Shown: positions 9,271 through 17,996 of the stretch, piece by piece
Layout: every line of letters begins with the position of its first letter
Numbering within the stretch: the stretch's first letter is position 1
From: a virus
Taxonomy: Duplodnaviria; Caudoviricetes
Reading direction: 5' to 3' (one strand)
Length of the DNA: 25,581 bases
Virus record (IMG/VR): IMGVR_UViG_3300035548_000644
Span: 1 to 25,581 of that record
Translations under genes and position numbers: made by a program
Notes under the pieces: generated by a model
What the model was told of the DNA's origin: nothing
What the model saw: the letters and a program-made list of their open reading frames with translations, nothing else
Databases searched by the model: none

Positions 9271-9861
9271 TCGCCTCTCCTTCGTGGTTTGTAAATCCGC
9301 AGATCCTCCGGAAGCAGCAAAGGAGGTCGAAACTGCCCCGGAGGCTGCGGAAGAGTCTACATTTTTACCTGTGGCATTCGTTTGTTTTGGTTTTTCGTCT
9401 GAAAGATACAGTTCTTTTGCTGCTGTACTGGGGAAGCGTATTACAGAAGGGTCATCGCTGGCAGCAAGACTATCTTTTATGTTTTTCTTGAGATCTTTGA
9501 TTGCGGGAGCCTCTTCCCCGAGATACGCAAGATGATGCAAATACATTTTCCCGTCTGATGCGCGCTGTTTAGCCCCTATGGATACGTCGGGATAGTATCC
9601 GTCATCGACCGCTTTTGCCAGGACATCATCTTCTTCGATGGTTCCCGTCATTACTTTTTTTGTATCATCGTAGCTAACCGCTACAACATTGGCAAATCTT
9701 GGGTTTGCCGCCTCTGCCCAATGGCCGAACTGTATTGGTGCGGTCTTCTGATCTGGGAATGTCTCATTGATCTCTTTGAGGTCTTTTTCCGTGACGATAA
9801 TAGGGTTGTCGATTGATCCGAATATGCCTACATGGGCAATTTCCCGTGTTCTTGTTCTCAT
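8881..9861 (-). CDS. Mu-like prohead protease (gpI) with scaffold C-terminus
   Basis: 'APIQFGH', 'GYYPDVSIG', 'YLHHLAYLGEEAPAIKDL' motifs; charged coiled C-terminal half. Confidence 0.85.
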   Translation of the reverse strand: MRTRTREIAHVGIFGSIDNPIIVTEKDLKEINETFPDQKTAPIQFGHWAEAANPRFANVVAVSYDDTKKVMTGTIEEDDVLAKAVDDGYYPDVSIGAKQRASDGKMYLHHLAYLGEEAPAIKDLKKNIKDSLAASDDPSVIRFPSTAAKELYLSDEKPKQTNATGKNVDSSAASGAVSTSFAASGGSADLQTTKERRMTDEEIKALQEENVRLKTDVEAKDKLLSDEFSDRKKAGKEALKKAMAGKFTEGDQAKILALADSFDQGKKIELSDGDAKRSVNPISILTEVFSSMKLPVKPGMMNLSDPDASPIVIQEKSDSARMRENM

Positions 9862-9867
9862 GCGTCA

Positions 9868-9908
9868 ATCGTACCGCTGTGGGACGGTGTGTACTCAAAT
9901 CCGGGCAC
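9868..9908 (-). promoter_or_regulatory. Putative late promoter for head/tail operon, probably leaderless
   Basis: GTGCCCGGATTTGAG (9908-9894), 20 nt, TACGAT (9873-9868), 6 nt, ATG; no SD. Confidence 0.65.
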
Positions 9909-9935
9909 GGTGTCTTATCGTAGCAGCATCAAAAT

Positions 9936-9970
9936 AAAAAAGCCTGAAAGCTTTCACTTCCAGGCTTTTT
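9936..9970. terminator. Bidirectional intrinsic terminator
   Basis: AAAAAAGCCTG...CAGGCTTTTT inverted repeat with T/A tracts on both sides, downstream of the lipoprotein gene. Confidence 0.8.
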
Positions 9971-9990
9971 CCTGTAAGAAAAGGATCAAT

Positions 9991-10368
9991 CTATCGATCA
10001 AGGATGAGCCGAATAACCACATCATTGTCGTCGGTATTTCCTTCAAATAAACAGGTATAGTATTTATCTGCTTCAACTGTCTTTGCCGAATAAGTCATCG
10101 TTATCCAATATCCTTCCGAATTTAAAAGTTGCAGACTGTATGATCCCTCAGATGTTGCATAATAACCAGTCACAGAGCCCGAGGAAAGTTGGCCAATATG
10201 TTCGGCGTATCCGACACGAATACCATAGTGAAGGTCTGCGCCTGATCCCGTCATAAGGTTTTGATAGCGGATATATGCATCGTCATTTTCGTCGTCATCA
10301 CTTTTTCCAAGCAGATCACAAGAAAAAATCAGAAGCGATGTCAGCAAAAGCAGAACAATTTTTCTCAT
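9991..10368 (-). CDS. Lipoprotein (moron), function unknown
   Basis: Signal MRKIVLLLLTSLLIFS-C, acidic linker, beta-rich body; AGGAG RBS; own terminator. Confidence 0.8.
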   Translation of the reverse strand: MRKIVLLLLTSLLIFSCDLLGKSDDDENDDAYIRYQNLMTGSGADLHYGIRVGYAEHIGQLSSGSVTGYYATSEGSYSLQLLNSEGYWITMTYSAKTVEADKYYTCLFEGNTDDNDVVIRLILDR

Positions 10369-10571
10369 TATACATCTCCTTATCTTTTACATTTTCACAC
10401 TATATCATACCCAAAGCCCCGATATGCACGATTTTTTAATCTTTGCTATACGGGGCGTTTTCGGCATTCCCTGTCAAATTATATACTTTGGCACTGTTAA
10501 CAGTTTTTTAATGGCATTTCGAGCGTTACAGGCTCATTTATCCATAAAACCGTGATTTCAAATCGTATTGT

Positions 10572-11258
10572 TTACCGGCGAATCAAACGGTTTTGATGAA
10601 CCCAGGCAACAACACGGCCAAAAAGGTGAAAACGTTCAGCTTGTTCAGGATCTTCCACAGCCAACGATAGGACTTGTTTCTTGGTACCGTCAGGCATCAT
10701 GCTGTAGGCAGTGATGGTCCTATCCATGGCATCGAATACCAGGAACTTTACATAGACGTCACCATCGACAGCAAAGACATAGATATCGTCATGCGTTTCC
10801 TGGCCCTCTCTGCTATCGAACAGAACAATGTCGCCGTCGACTATACCCACTCCTGCCATTGACGTTCCTGAAACGGTAAAGGCGTACGGATGCACGGCAG
10901 CAATGCCGGGAAACAGATCAAGGGGACGGACATACTTCTCAATGTTCACATCACTATTCCATTCCTGTCCGGGCCCTGCGCTTGCTCTCTGGCGAAGGAC
11001 AGGGATTCGATAGACCTCAAGAGACGTTTCCTCTTTTTCCTTATCGAAGAACATCTCGCCGTCACCTGTTAGTAACCAGTTTGAATTTACTTGGAAAGCT
11101 TTAATAAGAGACAAAATCAATTTCTTAGATGGTTCTTTTTCTCCCCTCTCAATATCACTTACTAAACTTGGAGAAGCTTGGATTGATCGTGCAAAATTTG
11201 CCTGTGACATAGCTACTGATTCCCTTATTTCTTTAAATCTTTCGCAAATATCCACCAT
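10572..11258 (-). CDS. CI-like repressor (XRE HTH + S24 peptidase)
   Basis: N-terminal HTH (MSQANFARSI...LVSDIERG); ASAG cleavage site; GTSM Ser and VYVK Lys; divergent from early operon. Confidence 0.93.
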   Translation of the reverse strand: MVDICERFKEIRESVAMSQANFARSIQASPSLVSDIERGEKEPSKKLILSLIKAFQVNSNWLLTGDGEMFFDKEKEETSLEVYRIPVLRQRASAGPGQEWNSDVNIEKYVRPLDLFPGIAAVHPYAFTVSGTSMAGVGIVDGDIVLFDSREGQETHDDIYVFAVDGDVYVKFLVFDAMDRTITAYSMMPDGTKKQVLSLAVEDPEQAERFHLFGRVVAWVHQNRLIRR

Positions 11259-11270
11259 ATTAAAAACCTA

Positions 11271-11405
11271 CACTAAACGTGATTATTATTTCTTATAAAA
11301 GATCACAAAAAGTGTTGACAATTCACGAATTGTGACCGATTATAAATGTACACGATACGTGTACACAAAAAACAATGTTATCATGTTTATTGTACACGGT
11401 ACGTG
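11271..11405. promoter_or_regulatory. Operator array: five CAC-N5-GTG palindromes overlapping the early promoter
   Basis: Sites start at 11271, 11304, 11324, 11351, 11395; TTGACA at 11315-11320 lies between two of them. Confidence 0.75.
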
Positions 11406-11411
11406 TATGTT

Positions 11412-11472
11412 GGTTGACAATGTAAACCAAACGAACCGAACCGTTTAGAAAAAACGGTTGACGATGTCAACC
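11412..11472. promoter_or_regulatory. Second operator pair, 17-bp palindromes
   Basis: GGTTGACAATGTAAACC (11412-11428) and GGTTGACGATGTCAACC (11456-11472). Confidence 0.65.
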
Positions 11473-11669
11473 ACCAACATAAAGAGATTATCGGCACAAA
11501 GGACCATAACCTCATACAGGTTACATGATTTTTTGCCGAGTATCGAGCTTTTTTCGGGAAACCGAATATTGGTCTTTGACAAGCAGCGTACGACACCGCC
11601 AGTCCGGGCACGGCGGCGGGCTTGTTCGTAACGCGGGGAAGAGAAGGAAACACAAGGGAGGAAATTACT

Positions 11670-11855
11670 ATGAAGGTAGAAATAGGTGTCAATGACGCTG
11701 ATATGATTGAAACCTTTTTACGAAGAGCAACCTTCGACGACTTCCGCCGAAGAAGTGAAAATAATCAGGAAGCCTACGACATGATCGATGCAAGCGAAAG
11801 GCTCAGGAGGGCGATCGTGACCAATATCGATCATCACTTCGACTCTCGGTCATAA
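11670..11855 (+). CDS. Small early hypothetical protein (61 aa)
   Basis: ATG 11670 after GGGAGG RBS, within track ORF 11622..11855. Confidence 0.75.
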   Translation: MKVEIGVNDADMIETFLRRATFDDFRRRSENNQEAYDMIDASERLRRAIVTNIDHHFDSRS

Positions 11856-11936
11856 CACTATGAAATCAATTGTTCGCCCGATTCATAACCTGGAGTGGAG
11901 AGGGCTACCGGGCGCCGGGGAAACGTGGCGCAATCT

Positions 11937-12074
11937 GGGACCGTGGCGAAATTGGTAGACGCGGGGCAGCGAGTTGGGGGCGCCGTGAAAGAAAAACAGT
12001 AGCGGGTAAGTGTGCCTCTCCCAGGGCTGAGTGTTGGGGACGGCCCTGTGCAGGTTCGAGTCCTGTCGGTCCTA
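11937..12074 (+). ncRNA. tRNA-like RNA with expanded anticodon region (no assignable anticodon)
   Basis: Acceptor GGGACCG/CGGTCCT-A; Leu-type D arm TGGCGAAATTGGTAGACGC; T arm GCAGG-TTCGAGT-CCTGT; 86-nt interior. Confidence 0.75.
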
Positions 12075-12147
12075 TTGGGGATCTGCCGCCGGCCAGTGAA
12101 CCGGCAATCAAATCTGCGTTGATAACGCGGGAAAGGAGGAATATCAA

Positions 12148-12441
12148 GTGAGAATAATCGAGATTAACGCATGCGCTAATCGCCCTTACTCGTCAATTGA
12201 TCATTTTGCATCTCATTGTCAGAAGATGGGCAGAATTATTGATGTCGATATCATTGGAATACCGGAGTGGTGTCCGCTTGAAAAACAGCACTTTGGCATA
12301 CACACAGGCAACAGAGAAAAACTAAAGAAACAACTGCTTGATTTAAACAAGGATCAAGAAGCAGTAAAAGCATTTGTCAACGACCTTGAAACGGTCATCA
12401 CAGAACTCAAGGATATCGTAAATGTTAAGCGTGCTGAATAA
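12148..12441 (+). CDS. Hypothetical early protein
   Basis: GTG start with AGGAGG RBS; Cys motif 'IPEWCPL' and coiled C-terminus. Confidence 0.7.
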   Translation: MRIIEINACANRPYSSIDHFASHCQKMGRIIDVDIIGIPEWCPLEKQHFGIHTGNREKLKKQLLDLNKDQEAVKAFVNDLETVITELKDIVNVKRAE

Positions 12442-12458
12442 GAAGAAAAGGAAGATCC

Positions 12459-12725
12459 ATGGCAGACGAAGCGTTTCAGAAAGAGGTATCAGCAAAGATC
12501 CTTTCGCTATATGAGAAGGAAGTTGACTCGTATTACATGGTAACGGCCATGAATAAAATCGCGGCCAATGAGAGGCTTATGGAGAACGCGAAGATTCTCC
12601 AGGCGGCCTTCATGCAAAGACTTACTGCATTTGACGGAATACTTAAGTCTTTTCATTTAACCGAAGATGCCGCCCGGATATCAAAAAGAATACGAGATAA
12701 GTATGACATCGATTTATTAGATTAG
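12459..12725 (+). CDS. Hypothetical early protein
   Basis: 88 aa, AAGGA RBS, operon position. Confidence 0.7.
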   Translation: MADEAFQKEVSAKILSLYEKEVDSYYMVTAMNKIAANERLMENAKILQAAFMQRLTAFDGILKSFHLTEDAARISKRIRDKYDIDLLD

Positions 12726-12745
12726 CAAGTGAGGCAGGGGGATAT

Positions 12746-13057
12746 ATGACAATCAACAGTTTTGGAGGCCTTACAGGAAGGCCTTATCCAATCGATTACG
12801 AACGAAAGACGCGCGTCAGGGTAGAGCTTGCAAGAAGGAATATGAGCATCACTGACCTTGCAAATGCATTAAAACTTGACAGGGGGAATGTGTCAAAAGT
12901 TATAAGTGGTCGATCAATATCTCAAACGTATGAGACCCTCATAGCAACATTCTTACAACTTGATGTCAAGTATCTATTCCCTCCCCGGAGCCCTATGGAA
13001 CTTTTGGGCATGGCAGAGGTGGAGGGGAAAAGGGACGAGCGCGAGAGTGCGGCATGA
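12746..13057 (+). CDS. Ner/Cro-like HTH regulator
   Basis: 'VELARRNMSITDLANALKLDRGNVSKVISGR' HTH; directly upstream of and overlapping the transposase start (ATGA). Confidence 0.85.
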   Translation: MTINSFGGLTGRPYPIDYERKTRVRVELARRNMSITDLANALKLDRGNVSKVISGRSISQTYETLIATFLQLDVKYLFPPRSPMELLGMAEVEGKRDERESAA

Positions 13058-14973
13058 ACGGTACAGTACGAACAAAAGAGCTTGCCGAAGTCCTGCATAC
13101 CAGTCGCAAACAGGTACTTGAGCGAGCACGGAAAGAGGGATGGCCGTGTATACGGAAAAGCGGCGGAATTTGGTGGATTGAAAACCGCTTGCCAATGGAC
13201 ATACGGTTTACGCTGGCCAATAAACAAGATCAAAAATCAGAGAAAAATAGTGAACAAACCGCCCTTATACAGAGTGCAGGAGGGGTTTTTATTCATGCCA
13301 GTGATAAGGGACGAAACATTGCCACATGGAGAAGCAGCCTGATCTATGCATGGAAATCAAGCGGACTCAAGAAGCATGAATATATCGAAGCTTACAATGA
13401 TCAGGTAGCTGACCAGGCAATTTACAAAAAGTTGGGACCAGTAAGCCTTTCAACATTTTACCGTTGGCTCAAGGATTTCCACCAAGAGGGGGCCAGCGGT
13501 ATCACCCCACGGTATGGCATGAGTCGGGGAGGCGCCGGGGAAAGTTTGACGGACATCGAAAAGATATTATTGAAACGGTTCTGGCTGAAAAGCACCCAAC
13601 CAACGGCATCACATGCATATCGATTGATGAAGGAAAACGTTCCATATTCCCGTTGTAGCTATCAGACTGCATTACGCTACCTGAACAGCCTGCCAAAGGC
13701 GTATGCCGATTACCATAGGCTGGGAAAGAGCAGATTCGAAAATCTTCATCTCCCCTACCTTGAACAGGACATCTATCGCTATAGAAGTCTTGATATGGTG
13801 GTATCAGATCACCACTGCATGGATTGTGTTGTTGACTACCGAGGGAAGCTGGTCCGTCCATGGATGACAACGTTTCAGGATTACCGGAGCGGCAAGATCC
13901 TCGGATGGTGCCCATCGATAAAACCGTCGTCATTATCGATTATCGTAGCATATTACATGTGCGTTATGCAGTATGGCGTACCGAAGGTTTTACTCTTCGA
14001 CAACGGTAAGGATTATCGAAGCAAGCTTCTCAATGGGAGCATCGAAAAAGTAAAGGTTCTTACACCTGAAGGCACGACTGAGGAAGGGGAAGTCGAGCTG
14101 CAGGGCATATTCGGACTCATCGGATCATCGGTCCGTTTCACCAGGGTTTACAACGGAAAAAGCAAGGGACGACAGGAGCGATACTACCGCCTACTGGGAG
14201 AATATCTTGCCAAGGATATCGGCTCGTACATGGGTTCGGACACCAGGACGAGGCCGGAAGAAGCAGCTCTTATGTTCAGGTCTATCAATGGGATGGCAAA
14301 GCGGCATGATATCCCGACATGGGAAGATTTCGTTGAGGCTGCTGACAACATGGTCCGGGGAATCAACGACAGGTTTGAAAGTCACGGCAAGGGAATGAAT
14401 GGGAAAACCAGAAGTCAGGTATTCGCAGAGAACCTTCCACCTGATAGTGAGAGACGCTATGTAAACAAAGAGGAGCTGGTAAAGGCTCTTCGGGGTGGTC
14501 AGATTCGAAAATGTAAAAGAAATGGTGTCAAGGTAAACGGTATCAATTACTGGGATATCGAATTAACGGCATTCAGCGGTATGGATGTCGTTGTCTATAC
14601 ATCACTGATCAGCGATGAAGAGGTATCGGTATTCTCAACGAACGGACAATTTATCTGCCACGCAAAGGGAGATTTCTTCCGAGAAGGTTCCGATTTCAAG
14701 GAAACGATCGAACGGCTATCGAGAGCTAGGAAGGCTGGATTACAAAAGATGGCGGAGCTGGGCCGTGACGAGGTCGATATAGATCCAGCATACAAGACCA
14801 TGCTTGATGTCAATGCATCCATCTATGGCCAGAATCACACAGCATCGGTTGACGATCTATTGGAATTGCCGGTGGCAGCCGGTGCAGAAGACCGAAAAAG
14901 GGAACCATCGAAGCGAGAAAGCAATATCAAGGGCCTGCTCCAGGCGAGCAATGACGACTGGAGTGATGAATAA
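13054..14973 (+). CDS. MuA-like DDE transposase
   Basis: N-terminal Mu DNA-binding domain, HTH 'SLSTFYRW', catalytic SDHH / FDNGKDY / KGRQER, Mu C-terminal domain. Confidence 0.95.
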   Translation: MNGTVRTKELAEVLHTSRKQVLERARKEGWPCIRKSGGIWWIENRLPMDIRFTLANKQDQKSEKNSEQTALIQSAGGVFIHASDKGRNIATWRSSLIYAWKSSGLKKHEYIEAYNDQVADQAIYKKLGPVSLSTFYRWLKDFHQEGASGITPRYGMSRGGAGESLTDIEKILLKRFWLKSTQPTASHAYRLMKENVPYSRCSYQTALRYLNSLPKAYADYHRLGKSRFENLHLPYLEQDIYRYRSLDMVVSDHHCMDCVVDYRGKLVRPWMTTFQDYRSGKILGWCPSIKPSSLSIIVAYYMCVMQYGVPKVLLFDNGKDYRSKLLNGSIEKVKVLTPEGTTEEGEVELQGIFGLIGSSVRFTRVYNGKSKGRQERYYRLLGEYLAKDIGSYMGSDTRTRPEEAALMFRSINGMAKRHDIPTWEDFVEAADNMVRGINDRFESHGKGMNGKTRSQVFAENLPPDSERRYVNKEELVKALRGGQIRKCKRNGVKVNGINYWDIELTAFSGMDVVVYTSLISDEEVSVFSTNGQFICHAKGDFFREGSDFKETIERLSRARKAGLQKMAELGRDEVDIDPAYKTMLDVNASIYGQNHTASVDDLLELPVAAGAEDRKREPSKRESNIKGLLQASNDDWSDE

Positions 14974-14982
14974 GGAGGAAGT

Positions 14983-15894
14983 ATGAATATCGAGGTAAAA
15001 AATAAACTTGAATCTGTCATGGAAAAATACGGTATCAGCCAGAACGAGGCGGCACGTGATGTCGGGTATTCGAGCCCCGTGCTTTCGGCTTACCGAAAAG
15101 GAACATACGCTGGTGTTGTAGATAAACTTGAAGACGCCATCATGTGCTGGGTTTCTCGCGTCGAGCAAGCTCATGCACGAAAACGGGTCCCTATTACCGA
15201 AACCGATGACCTCAGACAGATTGTGAATGCCATTGCGATGGCACATAACGAACAAGATCTTGCGCTAATCATAGCAGATGCCGGGGCAGGAAAGAGCACG
15301 GCGGCAAAGTGGTATGCGGCAAGAAATCAGAGGACAACGGTCCTTATCAATGTTGTATCCGGGATGAATCGAAAAATGTTGGTCCAGGATATTGCCAAAC
15401 AACTCGGCATCGATACCGTCAAGGTACAGCAAAATACATTGATTCAAAATGTATCAACAGCACTCAAGGATAGAGATATGGTTGTTATCCTGGATGAGGC
15501 CGACTACCTCAAGGCAGACGCGCTTGAGTTCTCCCGGCGCCTTGTATACGACCTCGGAGAAAGCGGCCTGGTATTGATCGGTCTTCCACGCCTTAAAGGG
15601 ATGATCCAGGGATTGCGTAATGACCACCGCCAGCTTGAGAGCAGGATCGGGGTTTATCTTCATATGGGTGGCCTGACAAAACGAGATGCATCGACTTTGG
15701 CAAAAACCGTATGGCCTGATGTTGACAAAGATATTGTCGACGCCATCTATGATGTTTCGAAAACTGATATCCGGCAGTATTGCAAGATCATCGAACGGAC
15801 GCAGATGACCATGGCGCTTAACAAACGTAGCGATCCAGATCTTGATTGTGTCGCAAGTGCCTCACAGTTGATTATTCGGCGACAGTGGAGGTAG
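14983..15894 (+). CDS. MuB-like transposition AAA+ ATPase
   Basis: N-terminal HTH; Walker A ADAGAGKST; Walker B VVILDEAD; 'QLESRIG' arginine finger. Confidence 0.95.
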   Translation: MNIEVKNKLESVMEKYGISQNEAARDVGYSSPVLSAYRKGTYAGVVDKLEDAIMCWVSRVEQAHARKRVPITETDDLRQIVNAIAMAHNEQDLALIIADAGAGKSTAAKWYAARNQRTTVLINVVSGMNRKMLVQDIAKQLGIDTVKVQQNTLIQNVSTALKDRDMVVILDEADYLKADALEFSRRLVYDLGESGLVLIGLPRLKGMIQGLRNDHRQLESRIGVYLHMGGLTKRDASTLAKTVWPDVDKDIVDAIYDVSKTDIRQYCKIIERTQMTMALNKRSDPDLDCVASASQLIIRRQWR

Positions 15895-15898
15895 CACC

Positions 15899-16603
15899 AT
15901 GGGAAGGGCAGCTAAAGAATCACCTGCCATGAAAAAAAGTGGTGGGGATTTAATGCTTAACGGGTCATTACTGCTAACCTCTGACGAGCTCAAGCAGCTA
16001 AAGGGAAACTGGAAAACAATAGATAGCTACGGGACAAAGATTGCAAGCCTGATGATATCGGCAACGCAACGGTACTATCTTTCCGGAGAAATCCTGTGGG
16101 AAGCCGCCATGCGATACAAAGGTAAGATCAACTACAAGATTCTTTCCAAAGCCGTAGGGGCTCCCTCATATAAGATTTCGAACTCTATCAAGATCTATCA
16201 GCTGTTCAAAGATCATCCGGATGAGATCGAACATCTATCTGTGCAAGATGCGTTCAAACTTATCAGGGATCGGGAGTCATCCGGAGGAAAACAAAAGCGA
16301 ATCGAATACGGCCCAGGCAATGGCCAGAAGGAGTTTGACTGGGAACAGGTCTTCGAGCAGGACCCTGTTGCATCGGTACCGCTTAAAAATTACCGAATCG
16401 CCTGCCCTGATGATCATGCGTTATGGCTGTATCGCCGAGGCATGAATTTCCCAACTCAGTTTCTGGAGATCAAAGCAGGAAACGAAACTGATCCAGTGAT
16501 GAAGCTTGCCTATAGCGAACTGGTGAAAGAAATCCAGATGGCGAGCGAAAAGTATCTTTTGATCAAAGAACAACGAGAGGAGCAGGAGGAAGAAAATGCC
16601 TGA
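15899..16603 (+). CDS. Hypothetical protein (possible DNA-binding)
   Basis: 234-aa ORF in early operon; family not recognised. Confidence 0.7.
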   Translation: MGRAAKESPAMKKSGGDLMLNGSLLLTSDELKQLKGNWKTIDSYGTKIASLMISATQRYYLSGEILWEAAMRYKGKINYKILSKAVGAPSYKISNSIKIYQLFKDHPDEIEHLSVQDAFKLIRDRESSGGKQKRIEYGPGNGQKEFDWEQVFEQDPVASVPLKNYRIACPDDHALWLYRRGMNFPTQFLEIKAGNETDPVMKLAYSELVKEIQMASEKYLLIKEQREEQEEENA

Positions 16604-16817
16604 ATCAAATGTACGGATTGCATTAGACACTAACGGCTATCATGAGCTTGAAGACAGACTGTCAGCAATACAGGGAATTATTTCTCGCGCTGGATCAGGA
16701 GAGATCGAAGCGAGAAAATCACTTATGGAAATTGGGTCACATATCTACAAGATCCAGACAACCTTACAGGACCATGCCATCATCACACCAGATAATCACG
16801 GCGGTGATGCCGCATAA
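16596..16817 (+). CDS. Hypothetical protein
   Basis: 73 aa, AGGAGG RBS, overlaps upstream stop. Confidence 0.65.
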   Translation: MPESNVRIALDTNGYHELEDRLSAIQGIISRAGSGEIEARKSLMEIGSHIYKIQTTLQDHAIITPDNHGGDAA

Positions 16818-16842
16818 AAAATTGCAAGAAGGAGCTTAGTGT

Positions 16843-17355
16843 ATGGGAACACGGTATAAACCGATTGAAGGCGGAAAACTTGAATCTCTCGACGACGTCA
16901 ACATGGCGCTACGGGATATCGGGTTGATCGAGCGTGAGCTCGAGGATATCAACACCGATTTAAACAAGCAGACTGCAAAGCTTAAAAGTGATGCCGAGAA
17001 ACGAGCGAAACCGCTCAAGGCAAAAATCAAGGAGCTTACAACCAGGGTCAAGGCTTATGCAGAATATAATCGAGACGACCTTTTCGATGGAAGAAAGTCG
17101 ATTGAACTGACCTTCGGCATGTTCGGCTATCGAAAAAGCACGAAGATTAGCATCAGGAAAAGTACTCTGGAATTACTCGAGAAGCTAAAACTCAATGAGT
17201 TTATCAGGATCAAAAAAGAGCCTGACAAGGAGAAAATGGCTGAAATGAGTAACGAAACATTGGCACAAGTTGATGCTGTTCGGAAGGTATCGGACGCGTT
17301 TTTCTGTGAAGCAAAGGTTGATGTTGTTCGGCAGGATGTACAGCAGTCGGCATAG
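16843..17355 (+). CDS. gam: Mu Gam-like host-nuclease inhibitor
   Basis: Coiled N-terminus, 'KSIELTFGMFGYRKS', 'IRIKKEPDKE', 'DAFF' motifs. Confidence 0.92.
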   Translation: MGTRYKPIEGGKLESLDDVNMALRDIGLIERELEDINTDLNKQTAKLKSDAEKRAKPLKAKIKELTTRVKAYAEYNRDDLFDGRKSIELTFGMFGYRKSTKISIRKSTLELLEKLKLNEFIRIKKEPDKEKMAEMSNETLAQVDAVRKVSDAFFCEAKVDVVRQDVQQSA

Positions 17356-17399
17356 GTTGTCATGACCGGGAGGAAACTCCCGGGACTTTCAAAGGGGGA

Positions 17400-17543
17400 A
17401 TGATGAACAGTACAAAAAAACGAAACGTACGAACATTACTCAGTACGATAATAGGCTGGGTAATAGGAGTAGCGATACTGATAGCTGTACTTGCTGCAGT
17501 GGTCAAGGTTGTCGTTATTTCTGTCTCTTGGCTGATTGGATGA
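17400..17543 (+). CDS. Small single-pass membrane protein (47 aa; not in track)
   Basis: MMNSTKKRNVRTLLSTIIGWVIGVAILIAVLAAVVKVVVISVSWLIG*; AAAGGGGG RBS. Confidence 0.65.
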   Translation: MMNSTKKRNVRTLLSTIIGWVIGVAILIAVLAAVVKVVVISVSWLIG

Positions 17544-17555
17544 CAGGAACAGAAT

Positions 17556-17996
17556 ATGAATAGCTGGATCAGGGTAATCCATGTTGCCAAGCGAGAAGTG
17601 GGTATCGATGATGAGTCATACCGGAATATTTTGCAAGGTTGTGCCGGTGTCGATACGGCAAAGGATATAAAAACAGTTGCCCAATTCAAAATGGTTATGC
17701 ATACATTCGAGAAACTGGGATTTCGCAGGCAGAAACAACCACAGAAACGATTACCGGTAAATGAATCAGAACGGGGCAAGTTATGTACAGAAAGACAGCG
17801 TTATTACATAAAGGGCCTCTGGGAGCTGGCAAGCAATAATAAGGACGAAAAAAGCTTGCATGCAATGCTCAAGCGCATAGCTCATGTTGATGATCTTCGA
17901 TTCCTTGATAAGAAGAATGCTTCTGCAGTTATTCTCGCCCTGCGGGATATCACTCAAAAAGCCGGGTTCGATCCGGATGGTCCTTCGGAGGGGTGA
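17556..17996 (+). CDS. Mu gp16/GemA-like protein (DUF1018)
   Basis: 'IHVAKREVGIDDESYRNIL...G..TAKD', 'F..LGF', 'Q..YI..LW', 'VILAL' motifs. Confidence 0.9.
   Translation: MNSWIRVIHVAKREVGIDDESYRNILQGCAGVDTAKDIKTVAQFKMVMHTFEKLGFRRQKQPQKRLPVNESERGKLCTERQRYYIKGLWELASNNKDEKSLHAMLKRIAHVDDLRFLDKKNASAVILALRDITQKAGFDPDGPSEG

Noticed and set aside
17-9535. Numerous plus-strand ORFs over the left arm (e.g. 17..301, 650..1009, 4388..4789, 9134..9535)
   Set aside because: Antisense shadows of well-supported minus-strand structural genes
11937-12074. Canonical decoding tRNA or prophage attachment site
   Set aside because: No 7-nt anticodon loop can be assigned; transposable phages do not need tRNA att sites and I saw no duplicated 3' fragment
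11629-12131. TAACGCGGG repeated before two early RBSs (11629, 12123)
   Set aside because: Only 9 bp and two copies; could be chance
11870-12151. 93-aa plus-strand ORF and antisense 80-aa ORF
   Set aside because: Both overlap the tRNA-like element, have GC-driven Arg/Gly/Pro-rich composition and no RBS; RNA structure explains the region better
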